Shown here one piece after another: positions 27,185 to 37,135 of a stretch of DNA of 64,000 bases. This DNA comes from Giardia intestinalis (taxonomy: Eukaryota). Made by a program: the position numbers and the translations under genes. Within the stretch, counting starts at the first letter, position 1; each line of letters starts with the position of its first letter. The notes under the pieces are model-generated. The model saw nothing but the letters and a program-made list of their open reading frames with translations. It did not search any database and had not been told where the DNA came from. Location: assembly GCA_000002435.2 (NCBI GenBank), contig CM018793.1, one strand, 5' to 3'.

Positions 27185-28894
27185 TCACCCGCCCATTAGA
27201 ATATTGTTTATCTCTGAAACCAACTGCAGACACTTCTTCTTTGGCTCGTCGTAGCAGCTCTCAATGGTTTTTTGCACAATGAAGAGCTCTACCGCATACT
27301 TCTTCTGTAGGTTCGCTGAGAGCTGGTCCAATAGATTTCTTAGCAACTGCGCATTCTCGTTTGCTGCAATTTGATCTTCTATGAGCCGCAGCGCACCCTT
27401 GCTCTTTTCGAGGGTTTTCGTTTCTTCCTCATGCATGGCTTTTAAACTAGTAAGCTTCGTCTTAAGGGTGCTTTCCTCTGCCTCGACATTTTCAATTGAC
27501 TCTGCATCGCGTAGGTCTGCTCTAAGGCGTTCAAGGGAGTCAGTTAAAGCTGAAACCTTGTCACCATAGGTCCGCAATTCAGCGTTGACCCGCATCTCCG
27601 TATCAGTTGTACGGTCAAGCTCGCGCGACTTTTGCTGTAGTTGTGCCTCAATTGCACCAGGGTTCTCCTCTCCAGGCACTGAGACGGTACCCTGAGGAAT
27701 GGGCAAGCGGGAAATAAGATTGACAACTTCTGCCTGAGCTTGCTTAATACTCGTTTGAAGGGCCAGCTTTTTGTTGGGAAATTCAACGAGAAACGCTTCT
27801 GCTTTGATGACGGACTTCAACAGATCCTTCTGCTCCTTGGTGATGGTCACAGTTGCGTCAGGGGTGATCTCTTCCAAAAGCTTCTTGCGTTGTTGAACGC
27901 CGCTTTCTGTTATCTTGATCTCTTCTACTAAGCTCTGCGTCTCCATTTGCTCTACACGAAAGCGATTCCTAAGCTGCTGCTTAAGTGATTGCTCCGGATC
28001 ATGACTTTCCGCAGCCTTAATTTTTGCCTTGTATGCATCAAGCTCTCGTTTTGCCGCTCTGATCTGTCTATGGAGCGTAATAGCCTTTTGGATGTTTGTA
28101 TCCACTCCGCTTATGCGTTCGTCCATTGCTATGTGACCCGGTTGTCCAGAAATAGAACCACCCGAGGTGTAGTTGGAAAGGATAGTGCAGAAACTGTATG
28201 CATTCGCCGCCACTGCTGCTGCCTCCTGAAGCTCCTTGCGTAGTTCGCTTTCCTTTTGCTTCAGTGTTATATTCTCGTCATTTAGAGACCTATATCGTTC
28301 TGCAGCTTGTAAACCGAGCGTTGATTCTATTTGAGCCTCCATTTCCGTGCGCAGATGCACCGCAGACGCCTCGTTCTTGCGAAGACGCTCCTCGGCATCG
28401 ACCCTGGCCTTGTAGGCTATGTTCGCCTCGTTTCTAGTTTTCGACGCGGCCGACTCTGCTTCTGTTGCCTCTGCACGAAGATCCTCGAGCGTTGCATTCT
28501 CACTGAGTCTGCTCTGGGAGTAAAGAATGTCTTGAAGCTCTCCCTGAAGCTCGTCAACCTCACGTTGGATAGCATGAAGAGATTCCTGCTGGCGTTGGAG
28601 CTGGCCTTCACGCTTCTGTAACTCTATGGTCTGCTTTGAAAGCGCTTCTGCCTCCTTGTTTGTGGCTGTGATCAAATTGCGGAGCTCACTGGTATAATAT
28701 CCCAAGTCCAGGACTTGCCGCTGGCCGCCAACGGCCCGGGTTCCTGGCATGCCCATGTTTGTTATAGGTCTGGCGGTGAGAGCTACTTGCGTCATAGCAG
28801 CCGTACCTCCAACTGCTTGTTGAACCGAACCCCGCGTAACAGTACGGGCGGTCATAGCCGGGTGCATTGCTGTCCCAGTAGCAAGTCTGTTCAT
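27185..28894 (-). CDS. Coiled-coil protein (569 aa), hypothetical cytoskeletal
   Basis: About 450 aa of heptad-compatible E/K/Q/L-rich sequence following a Gly/Thr/Ala-rich N-terminal region. Confidence 0.6.
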   Translation of the reverse strand: MNRLATGTAMHPAMTARTVTRGSVQQAVGGTAAMTQVALTARPITNMGMPGTRAVGGQRQVLDLGYYTSELRNLITATNKEAEALSKQTIELQKREGQLQRQQESLHAIQREVDELQGELQDILYSQSRLSENATLEDLRAEATEAESAASKTRNEANIAYKARVDAEERLRKNEASAVHLRTEMEAQIESTLGLQAAERYRSLNDENITLKQKESELRKELQEAAAVAANAYSFCTILSNYTSGGSISGQPGHIAMDERISGVDTNIQKAITLHRQIRAAKRELDAYKAKIKAAESHDPEQSLKQQLRNRFRVEQMETQSLVEEIKITESGVQQRKKLLEEITPDATVTITKEQKDLLKSVIKAEAFLVEFPNKKLALQTSIKQAQAEVVNLISRLPIPQGTVSVPGEENPGAIEAQLQQKSRELDRTTDTEMRVNAELRTYGDKVSALTDSLERLRADLRDAESIENVEAEESTLKTKLTSLKAMHEEETKTLEKSKGALRLIEDQIAANENAQLLRNLLDQLSANLQKKYAVELFIVQKTIESCYDEPKKKCLQLVSEINNILMGG

Positions 28895-28925
28895 TTAATA
28901 AAATTTGGCCACCCTGTGATCACGA
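28895..28925. promoter_or_regulatory. 31-bp AT-rich bidirectional promoter spacer between divergent coiled-coil and J-domain genes
   Basis: TTAATAAAATTTGG core between start codons at 28894 (minus) and 28926 (plus). Matches the minimal AT-rich initiator architecture of Giardia. Confidence 0.45.
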
Positions 28926-29969
28926 ATGGGAACCAAATCCAAAAAGATACAGAACACAGAGACAGTCGTAGAGCAGCGTGGTAGTACACAGCAGAAAAAG
29001 ACGGAGGCTAACCTTATTGGTGGCCCGTCAACCTCCAAGCAAGAGCCACACAATAAACCAAAGAGGATGCAGGAGATACCTGTCCAACAGTTTCGCGGCC
29101 TGGACCCTCTCTATGACTCTTATGTGCGCAACCCATCTGGGGAACAAGTTGTTGAGCCCGAGGACTCATCCGATTTAGAAATGTCCACAGAGGGATACCT
29201 CGTGCAGATTCCCTTTGCGCCAGGATCTGAGCCCTGTACTGGTCCCAATGACCCAAATTATCGGAAGCTGAAGCAGAAGGATGTAACTCTAGGGGACCTA
29301 CAGACCCCGAGAAGGCACCCTATAATTATATTTGACTCTCCAAACGATTTACTGGACTTTCTACATCGATTTAATCGCTTCCACATCCCCGAAGACAATC
29401 TCAATCTTCTGCTAAAGGAGATTGAATTTGTCGTAGAAAGAGGCGGCGATTGCAGGTTGATGCCCGATGGCAGGTTTGTGATGTACACCCGTGAGATAGA
29501 GGAGATGATTTCTAAGCGGAGAGATATGGCGGGTAAAATTTCTACAGAGCATATACAGCTGAGAAAGCTCTGCTTCTACTTTTTTGCTCTACTCCTATTG
29601 TCAGCGATTGTCATAGGCGGCCTTGCCTTCATCATGAACTTCCTGTTTCCGTCGCTCTTTAAATTCGGGTCATCTAGCTCCGAATCGCTCTCCCCAGAGG
29701 AAAAGATGCGCGAGAGCTACAAAGCTCTGGACCTAGCCCCTGATTCCTCTGTAGAGGAGATTAAGAAACAGTACAAGAAGCTTGCCGTTAAGTGGCATCC
29801 AGATAGGAATCCCAATTGTGTGGATTGTGAAGCCAAGTTTATGGTCATTGCCGATGCATACAAAGCATTACTCGATATTCTAGCTGGTGGAGATGGAGAG
29901 CCAACCCAGCAGCGCGAGGGATCCGACCCTGATAGAGAATTTGTTGTTCGGCCGATGCGCTATAGGTGA
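28926..29969 (+). CDS. J-domain (DnaJ) membrane protein
   Basis: C-terminal J-domain YKALDLAPDSSVEEIKKQYKKLAVKWHPDRNP (HPD motif). A TM segment LCFYFFALLLLSAIVIGGLAFIMNFLF lies upstream. Confidence 0.7.
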   Translation: MGTKSKKIQNTETVVEQRGSTQQKKTEANLIGGPSTSKQEPHNKPKRMQEIPVQQFRGLDPLYDSYVRNPSGEQVVEPEDSSDLEMSTEGYLVQIPFAPGSEPCTGPNDPNYRKLKQKDVTLGDLQTPRRHPIIIFDSPNDLLDFLHRFNRFHIPEDNLNLLLKEIEFVVERGGDCRLMPDGRFVMYTREIEEMISKRRDMAGKISTEHIQLRKLCFYFFALLLLSAIVIGGLAFIMNFLFPSLFKFGSSSSESLSPEEKMRESYKALDLAPDSSVEEIKKQYKKLAVKWHPDRNPNCVDCEAKFMVIADAYKALLDILAGGDGEPTQQREGSDPDREFVVRPMRYR

Positions 29970-30003
29970 ATGTAGGACCACACGACTGACTGAATTAAGC
30001 AGG

Positions 30004-33000
30004 TTACAAGTACTTCAAGAAGTTAACTAAGTCACTACGGTCCAATCCCTCGCACTCATGAACCTGTTTAATTGTAAATGATGTTCCAGTACTAGTGGGG
30101 AGGGGGGACCCTATGGATGTGTGTAAATTGCTATGGTTACTCGGAGTTAACTGCCTGAATTGGTCCATGTTTCGTGCATCATCTATCGGTTTGGGTTGAT
30201 CTGATGACCTTACCTGGGTGTCGCGACGAAAGGTTCTAGAGGCAGCACGGGAGCTAGGCCTGGATGATGTGTTACTAGTAGAGACGAAAGAATCTGCCTT
30301 TTGGAAGGCTGGAGATGCCACAATACTAGGTCTGGAAGCTTCTGGAACCACAGGGCCATAGGTGATCTCGAATTCTAGAAGCTCCATGGACGCTTGAGCA
30401 AGAATCTCAGTCAGCGGTAAGTCAAATTGATCCTCGATATAAGAAAGACGCTTTTGAGACGCTTCGATGAACTTCGCTGGGCATGCGTTGAGGGCTGCGC
30501 TTGCAAGATCTTCTGGGTGTTGGGCCTGTTGCTTGTTTAACCTTGAGCGGCTTCTGCTTCGGGGCTCAGAGTGAGATTCCGAAGAGTGAACATTACCGAC
30601 ATTGAGCAGACGTAAGAAGGTAGGATAAGAAGACCGCTCTTCTTGTAAGATAGCCAGCCGAAGAACCGAGTGCTCCAGCACAAGACCTAGAACACTCGAC
30701 AGGGGCTTTTTAAACGAGTGACCAGAATTCGAGCCAAGGACTTGTCTCGAAACTGGTTCTAGATAGTTGCTAGTGTATCTATAGCAAGGATAGAGGTATT
30801 GTGGTATTGTATCAGGCTCCTTTACCCATGCCGGCTGATAAGGAAAGCTACCCAAGTCTTCTAAGTAGCTGCTGGCGTGCTTCCAAAGATTCTCAGGTAT
30901 ACCTGGGTATCGTACCTTTGAAGAACTATAAGAGTTGCCCATAAACTCTTCATAGATTTCTAGCAAAGGAATCCAAAGCGTAGGAGCAGCAGAGAATGCT
31001 TGAGAAATAACTTTGTACATGCAGGCCTGAACCCTGGCGAGATAGTTCCCGATCTTGTGGGTGAATGCTCCTGCGTCTACTTCGGCAATATACGCATCCA
31101 TTGATCCAGTGAATTGCTGAAAGGAAGGACGTGTTAGGAGCTTTATCTGGCGGGGCCAATCTCTTACAGAGGACCTGTGATATATGTAATAATCACGTAG
31201 ACAAGGGTAGGCACTGCTCATGTATGTAACGTGGTTGCTCAGTGGATGGAGACAAGCAGAATTGTCCAGTCTGCCGGCAGAAAGTATGCAGGGGTTGAAG
31301 GCATGAAGATTATTCTTTAATAGTACATCAGATATCTGCATGCCTGTCTCGTCCATCTGAGCAAACGATTGAAGATAGGAAAATTGGATATCAAGTAGGT
31401 TACATACAGGCTGTATGCACCTATAAAATTGCCGAATTGATCGTAAGCTCAGAAGGTTCTTTCGCATCAACTTGCGGTAGTAGCAAGCAGCAAATGCAGA
31501 GCAAGTTAGCTCCTTAGATAGCCAGTCGTAATCGCTTGAAGCAAACATGTGCACGGCACACAGGTATAAGACCGAAAAGAGTGCAAGAGGACTTTCAGAC
31601 TCTAGTTTAGTGTTCGCCTCGTTACAAACAAGTAACAATTTAGATGAGCTAAGGATACCCAGACACTTCTCAATAAGCTGCGACTGTGTAGAGTTACAAG
31701 TGGTTTCCTTTCCACGGAAGTTGGCAGGAACAGAGAAGGTTGGCCCCAAAATGTCAGACATTACGTTGGACAGGAGATAGCCTTGCATGAAACATGTACC
31801 ACAAGTAAAGACCAAAGTAGAAAGGAAATAGAAGAACGAATATATCTGTACGGATAGCAGTGCATGCAAGAGAAGCTGGTTCGTTCGCAAACCTAAGGAG
31901 CTAGTAAAGTTGCTCTCTGAGGGATGCTCCACTTCGTAGGCAGGGTCACCTGGTATCAGAAGTTTCATCTTCTGAAGCTCGTTGTGAAGATACTTTGCTT
32001 GTTCTTCTGATACGAGATAAGATAGAATTGCTGAATAATCAACCTCTACTGCAAGAAGCTGGCAAAGATAGGTGTCATAGAGGTATATTGTTTGAAATCG
32101 TTTCCGAACCTCTGCACACCCGTTTGCCCACAGCTTCTCCAACTGAACTTCTTGGTCACAAAGATTAATGGCAAGGAACGCACAGTCGCAAATGTATATG
32201 CCCTGATCTGCTGTAGGGAGCTGTACAAATCGCTTCGACGAGCAATCAAGCAGTGTCCCAGATCTGTGTAGGTTCAATTCCTTGAGAATAGTAATATATG
32301 CCACTTTCTCCGTCGTTACTGGAATCAAGTGAGTTAATTCGGAAAAAAGTCCTGTAATGGTACAACCATCTGAAGCTTCAGTGTCCCAACTTGTGAGTTG
32401 AGATAAAGTTAGACATGAGGACAAATCAGGATTATTGGTTGAATGTGTGTTCTCACAAGAATGAGTACTATGTTCTATCGATACAGTGCCAGCGTCATAG
32501 GACAAGACCCGTGACTTTGCTTTAAAGATAGACTTGGGAATAAAGCGCTCTGTGGTATGACGGAGTAATTGTCTGGACTGATAGATAAGGGCATCAGATG
32601 AGGAGCATGAGATCACTGGGGGATCATCGTTTGAGTTGGAGTTAGCACAGATAATGTCAAACAAAGACGACTGGACCGGATATGCGCGGTCAGAGCCGGT
32701 GTTGCTATCTACTTCATCGGTACCCGTGCAGGTAGGTGTAGGAATTCGATGCACGGCTCCAGAGCGGAACAATGTCGCCATGTCAATACTCAGAAGCGTG
32801 TCTGTGCCCATGAATACCGTGGTGAAGCCTCCCACTTGAGTACATGAAACTAGCGTTGTCTTGGCCACACCTGCTACAGGGTCAGGGACTACCCAAATGA
32901 CTAGGTTAGACGTGAAAAATAACTGAGTAGAGCACACCGAAAAGAAAGAATGACGGTAAGTGTTTCGAACCGCAACTTTAAACGTGAGAGAGTCGAGGAG

Positions 33001-34530
33001 AACAGAGGAGTTTAGCTCGCTAGGTGAAAGACCATGCAAGATGTGACTAGAAATAGCAGCTGCAAACAGGCGGAAGTTAGTGGTGTCGACACGCTTCGTG
33101 ACACCAGCTTCTAGCTTGTCCTCGTCGCGCCCTGTCATCTTGAGTCCTTCCATATTCGTGTCTATCCGTGCACTTGTGTGATATATTGCTTCCGTAAATG
33201 GTGAAACAAGAGTAAGCATAGCTGTCATTGATGCCCCGCTATCTGCTGCAATGTCTGTGGGCACAGTTGAAGAAAGAAAGTACTCAAATGCAATAATTGG
33301 AAGTGCTGATGAAATGCTACCGAACGAGACAGCTATTGTGCATGGAATCAATGCACTAAATGCTTCTGCCACAATGAGGGGATAGTCTGGGAATGGTCCC
33401 ACGCAAAGGGATGTGATATGTCTTAAACTGTGTGTAGATGGGCCAGGAACTTGTGGGACAGAAAGATTACTTGGCTGGGAAGTGCTTAGACCAGAATGCC
33501 GACTAACTGCCTTGCGAAAGTCTTTATAAATGGACACCGTCAGGTTTGCTGTTCCAATGCTGGCCATTTGAGAGGCAATCCGTTGCCTCGTTATAACAAC
33601 CAAGTCCCCGGTTGTGGGAAGAAACTGCCTAAAGGCCACAGGCTCTCGCATGTGTGAAGCCAGCGTGCCTAGGTGCTTGGCCTCGTGCCAGATAATGAAT
33701 GACTTCACCTGATCAGTAAAGGATTTATTGAAGCGAATATTTATTTGCTCGATTGTCGTCCGAGATACTGTCGTGTCTGTTGGCCTGTGATAAATACAGT
33801 TAGTGAAGGGCAGAGTATATTCATCTAAAATGGCTCCTGATACATAAGATATCAAAAAGTATGAAAGTGAACTCTTCTCCATGGTAATGCTGATGTTATC
33901 AATTTGAAGGACAGAAGAGTGGTACGGAGTTGGGACATCAGAGACAAGATCTGGACTGTGCTTCTGTTCACCAGACAAAAAGTACCCTATCACGGGGTCT
34001 GGGGCATTGGACACCAAACGGTGCATCCCATACATGCCCATGATTGGCTCAACATCACAACCTGCCACAAAAGACGGCCACGAGCCACCATCTTGATAGC
34101 TTTGTGACGCAAGAGAGACTAGTATAGTGTCATGCAAGCGACGGGAGCGCTTGATTGGTTGATTGGTAAAGGGAGAGACAATAGACACAAACGTCATCAA
34201 TAAGAAGGCCCCGGAACCAGGCGAAAGAGCACAGTGATAGACGATGGCAGCCGCCGATATTTTAAAGATGGGAATAGAGCTTTGAATTGCATCGTTTGTG
34301 GAATCTGAAATGGATTGCAGGTAGATCTCTGAAAGAACAGACGAAGGCCCACTGAGTGTCTCCAGAACAACCAGCATCCTTCCATCTGGTGCCTGTCCGA
34401 CAAGGCGGCAGGAAGAGGCCGACTTGGAACGAGTTGGAGACGGCAAACACCAATTGGCGCCACCGGTCTCTATATGCTTTATGGCTTCATTGTGAACAAA
34501 TCTTTTCAATGTGCTGCGTTTCAACAGCAT
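30004..34530 (-). CDS. Very large hypothetical protein (1508 aa)
   Basis: Uninterrupted 4.5-kb ORF with no recognisable motif. Its start lies 54 bp from the divergent HCMP at 34584. Confidence 0.6.
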   Translation of the reverse strand: MLLKRSTLKRFVHNEAIKHIETGGANWCLPSPTRSKSASSCRLVGQAPDGRMLVVLETLSGPSSVLSEIYLQSISDSTNDAIQSSIPIFKISAAAIVYHCALSPGSGAFLLMTFVSIVSPFTNQPIKRSRRLHDTILVSLASQSYQDGGSWPSFVAGCDVEPIMGMYGMHRLVSNAPDPVIGYFLSGEQKHSPDLVSDVPTPYHSSVLQIDNISITMEKSSLSYFLISYVSGAILDEYTLPFTNCIYHRPTDTTVSRTTIEQINIRFNKSFTDQVKSFIIWHEAKHLGTLASHMREPVAFRQFLPTTGDLVVITRQRIASQMASIGTANLTVSIYKDFRKAVSRHSGLSTSQPSNLSVPQVPGPSTHSLRHITSLCVGPFPDYPLIVAEAFSALIPCTIAVSFGSISSALPIIAFEYFLSSTVPTDIAADSGASMTAMLTLVSPFTEAIYHTSARIDTNMEGLKMTGRDEDKLEAGVTKRVDTTNFRLFAAAISSHILHGLSPSELNSSVLLDSLTFKVAVRNTYRHSFFSVCSTQLFFTSNLVIWVVPDPVAGVAKTTLVSCTQVGGFTTVFMGTDTLLSIDMATLFRSGAVHRIPTPTCTGTDEVDSNTGSDRAYPVQSSLFDIICANSNSNDDPPVISCSSSDALIYQSRQLLRHTTERFIPKSIFKAKSRVLSYDAGTVSIEHSTHSCENTHSTNNPDLSSCLTLSQLTSWDTEASDGCTITGLFSELTHLIPVTTEKVAYITILKELNLHRSGTLLDCSSKRFVQLPTADQGIYICDCAFLAINLCDQEVQLEKLWANGCAEVRKRFQTIYLYDTYLCQLLAVEVDYSAILSYLVSEEQAKYLHNELQKMKLLIPGDPAYEVEHPSESNFTSSLGLRTNQLLLHALLSVQIYSFFYFLSTLVFTCGTCFMQGYLLSNVMSDILGPTFSVPANFRGKETTCNSTQSQLIEKCLGILSSSKLLLVCNEANTKLESESPLALFSVLYLCAVHMFASSDYDWLSKELTCSAFAACYYRKLMRKNLLSLRSIRQFYRCIQPVCNLLDIQFSYLQSFAQMDETGMQISDVLLKNNLHAFNPCILSAGRLDNSACLHPLSNHVTYMSSAYPCLRDYYIYHRSSVRDWPRQIKLLTRPSFQQFTGSMDAYIAEVDAGAFTHKIGNYLARVQACMYKVISQAFSAAPTLWIPLLEIYEEFMGNSYSSSKVRYPGIPENLWKHASSYLEDLGSFPYQPAWVKEPDTIPQYLYPCYRYTSNYLEPVSRQVLGSNSGHSFKKPLSSVLGLVLEHSVLRLAILQEERSSYPTFLRLLNVGNVHSSESHSEPRSRSRSRLNKQQAQHPEDLASAALNACPAKFIEASQKRLSYIEDQFDLPLTEILAQASMELLEFEITYGPVVPEASRPSIVASPAFQKADSFVSTSNTSSRPSSRAASRTFRRDTQVRSSDQPKPIDDARNMDQFRQLTPSNHSNLHTSIGSPLPTSTGTSFTIKQVHECEGLDRSDLVNFLKYL

Positions 34531-34583
34531 CGTGTGCAGCTGGACGACCCCGCGCCGTATCCGGAAGGGCTAGTTTTAAAATT

Positions 34584-36377
34584 ATGTGGCTAGTCTGGCT
34601 CGGACAGCTCATAAGTCTCAGTTATTCTTTTTGTCCCCTGCGCAATTGCATAAAGTGTCCAGTCACTGATGCTGATAAGCTTTGCGAAGTTTGTAAGCTT
34701 GGATATTATCTCGATTCCACAGATAACGTTTGCTTGCCTTGCTCCACGACCGTAACACACTGTAGCAGGTGTAGCGCTGACGGCAAAAGCTGCTATTCAT
34801 GTGCTGATGGTCGTGTACTGAAAACAGTTTCTACAGGGCAGTCGACCACACAGGAATGTTTCCTTAGTCAGGAACAGCTCTGTAGTGCAGTGTCCAACTG
34901 TGGTCTTTGCACCGTCACTGATAGCACTACTACTTGTGATGCATGTCTGCCAGGATACTTCCTGCAAAGCTCTTCAAATGCTTGTGTGAAATGCGCTGAG
35001 AATTGCGTCTATTGTTCAGCAGAGTCCACCTGCACATCTTGTAAGGATAACTATACACTTTCATCACCGCTGCCTTCTACCTGCACTGCATGCACTCTTC
35101 AGAACTGTGACCTGTGCTATGATGGTTCTATTTGTGACACTTGCTCTAGTGGATTCCACCACAACGATGCTGGAACTTGTGTGCAGAATACTAACTGTGA
35201 TGATGTTGGATGTAAGGAATGCAACGGTGGACATGCTCCGTGTACGAAGTGCTACAAAGGATATTACCTTACAGGTCAGACCTGCACTCTATGCAGCGTC
35301 GACATCTCCAACTGTATCCTCTGCGATTCTCCATCTGCAGGAGCCTCTTCCCGTGCTACTCTGTCATGCACTCGGTGCCAACAGGGTTATCACTTGAGGG
35401 ATAATGCCTGTGAGTCCTGCTCAGATATAACTAATCACTGCCAGAGCTGCCCTAGTGGAATTTGTACGTCCTGTGAGCCAGGGTACCAGTTGATGAACTA
35501 CCCGCGCTACTGCAAAGAGAAAACAACAACAGATTGCTCAAATCTCAGCAACTGCCTGGCTTGCACGTCTGATTCTCGATGCATTAGCTGTGCGCCTGGG
35601 TACTCACCAACAAATGGTGTTTGTGAGCTTTACACTGGCTGCGCCGTTGCCAACTGCGGGATCTGCAGGAGCGATCAATACACCTGTGACTTCTGCGTTC
35701 GTGGATACAGACTAGAGAATAACCAGTGTATATCGAAGTGTACAGATAGAAACTGTCATACCTGTAGCCCTGGGGCAGACGGACAGGAGGTCTGCAAACA
35801 GTGCATGCCTGGATACATCCTTGATACAGACAGTAGCGTGTGCACCTCATGCGGCGTTGAAAAGTGCGTTTCGTGTTCTGTATCAACAGAAGCAAAGAAG
35901 GCGTCAACTAGCCATGCCTATAGGAGCTTCTCTAGGTGGTTACAGCAGTTCCAATCCAAGAGAGCTGCAACCGCTCCATCTAACCGGATAGAGGATTGGG
36001 AACATAAGTTGAAAGCAATAGCACAGTATTATAGACTCACTGATATCCAATTGAATAACCTGCGGGTTGTTCTCTATGATTACTTTACAAATGGATCCAT
36101 TTCTATGCATTTATTCAACGACTCCGACCTTATTTTGAAAGAAATATCTAAGGTATATACCAGCGGCAAACAAGGAGTAACGGAGGCCAGCCTATCTAGT
36201 GCCAAGCTGTTTGTCTGCTCAAAGTGTGAAGACGGGTATACCCTAACGCACAATACCTGTGTGAAGCAAACCCTGACTGCAAGTAATATTGTGGGCATAA
36301 GTGCCGGTGTCATTTTAGCAGTCGGGATAATTGCTGGGGCAATAGTCATGACAGTAACTTCAAAGAAGCACAAGTAG
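34584..36377 (+). CDS. High-cysteine membrane protein (HCMP) with a cysteine-free insert before the TM
   Basis: Signal-like MWLVWLGQLISLSYS. About 20 CXXC modules. A roughly 110-aa Cys-free segment (aa ~505-615 of the track ORF) precedes a final CSKCEDGYTLTHNTC module and TM IVGISAGVILAVGIIAGAIVMTV. The track ORF begins at 34356, inside the neighbouring gene. Met 34584 is preferred. Confidence 0.75.
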   Translation: MWLVWLGQLISLSYSFCPLRNCIKCPVTDADKLCEVCKLGYYLDSTDNVCLPCSTTVTHCSRCSADGKSCYSCADGRVLKTVSTGQSTTQECFLSQEQLCSAVSNCGLCTVTDSTTTCDACLPGYFLQSSSNACVKCAENCVYCSAESTCTSCKDNYTLSSPLPSTCTACTLQNCDLCYDGSICDTCSSGFHHNDAGTCVQNTNCDDVGCKECNGGHAPCTKCYKGYYLTGQTCTLCSVDISNCILCDSPSAGASSRATLSCTRCQQGYHLRDNACESCSDITNHCQSCPSGICTSCEPGYQLMNYPRYCKEKTTTDCSNLSNCLACTSDSRCISCAPGYSPTNGVCELYTGCAVANCGICRSDQYTCDFCVRGYRLENNQCISKCTDRNCHTCSPGADGQEVCKQCMPGYILDTDSSVCTSCGVEKCVSCSVSTEAKKASTSHAYRSFSRWLQQFQSKRAATAPSNRIEDWEHKLKAIAQYYRLTDIQLNNLRVVLYDYFTNGSISMHLFNDSDLILKEISKVYTSGKQGVTEASLSSAKLFVCSKCEDGYTLTHNTCVKQTLTASNIVGISAGVILAVGIIAGAIVMTVTSKKHK

Positions 36378-36499
36378 GTGGATGGTTGCACTCTACTCTC
36401 TAGCCCCTGTGCGTCTGATTTTTGTGGGTATAGGGCTCATGAATATGTGAATGTATAAGTTTGTACTAAATGTTCACTGAGTAACCATGCAAAGTTCTA

Positions 36500-37135
36500 A
36501 TGCAAAACCTGACTATAAGCGATCTGAACTCCTCCTCAGTAGCAGCCAGAACGTCCATTATCACTAAGAGAAGGGACAATGATGTAGGAACTTCAGGCTC
36601 AAGGTCTCGACAGAATCCACGAAAGAGCACAAATGTGCCCCTATACAATTCCAAGTCGTACATACGGCGAACACATCCTGATGACCCCGCAGAAAATAGC
36701 ATCCTGGCTGATCTATCCTATATACCTGAGCCTCTTAGCGTCTCCGCGGGCCCAACAGTCGCGTCAAAGGGCTCCATTTTTTCATCTACCGGTGTGACGT
36801 CAATTCGCTTTGACACGGCTGCAGAGCGGTCACGGACAGACGAGGAGCTACAGGACTTGGTACAAAGGCTTCAAACCGAAGTTCGAGATCTTAAGAAAGC
36901 GCATGCAGATTGCGACAAAGAGCTTGAGGACCTCACGCAGCAGATGCAACAGATTAGAGAGGTCATGGTCAGATCAAATGAGAGCATGGTGCGTGCGTTG
37001 GACAGCTCGTGCTTTGTTGTCTTGCCATGCCGTCATTATGTAATGGTTGATAAAAAGATTTCAACGCTCACTAACTCTAAGTGTCCAAAGTGCAATATCC
37101 ACGTCACAGAATCATATTTAGTAAAGCATAAGTGA
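36500..37135 (+). CDS. Hypothetical coiled-coil protein with C-terminal RING-like Cys/His cluster
   Basis: Heptad segment LQDLVQRLQTEVRDLKKAHADCDKELEDLTQQMQQIREVM. C-terminal CFVVLPCRHYV...CPKCN resembles the second half of a RING/zinc-ribbon. Confidence 0.4.
   Translation: MQNLTISDLNSSSVAARTSIITKRRDNDVGTSGSRSRQNPRKSTNVPLYNSKSYIRRTHPDDPAENSILADLSYIPEPLSVSAGPTVASKGSIFSSTGVTSIRFDTAAERSRTDEELQDLVQRLQTEVRDLKKAHADCDKELEDLTQQMQQIREVMVRSNESMVRALDSSCFVVLPCRHYVMVDKKISTLTNSKCPKCNIHVTESYLVKHK

Noticed and set aside
27144-27214. Perfect 12-bp inverted repeat GAGATAAACAAT … ATTGTTTATCTC spanning the stop codon of the coiled-coil gene
   Set aside because: The expected number of such IRs by chance in 64 kb is about 0.2, which is not negligible. 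One arm is coding. No extended pairing. Kept only as a note.
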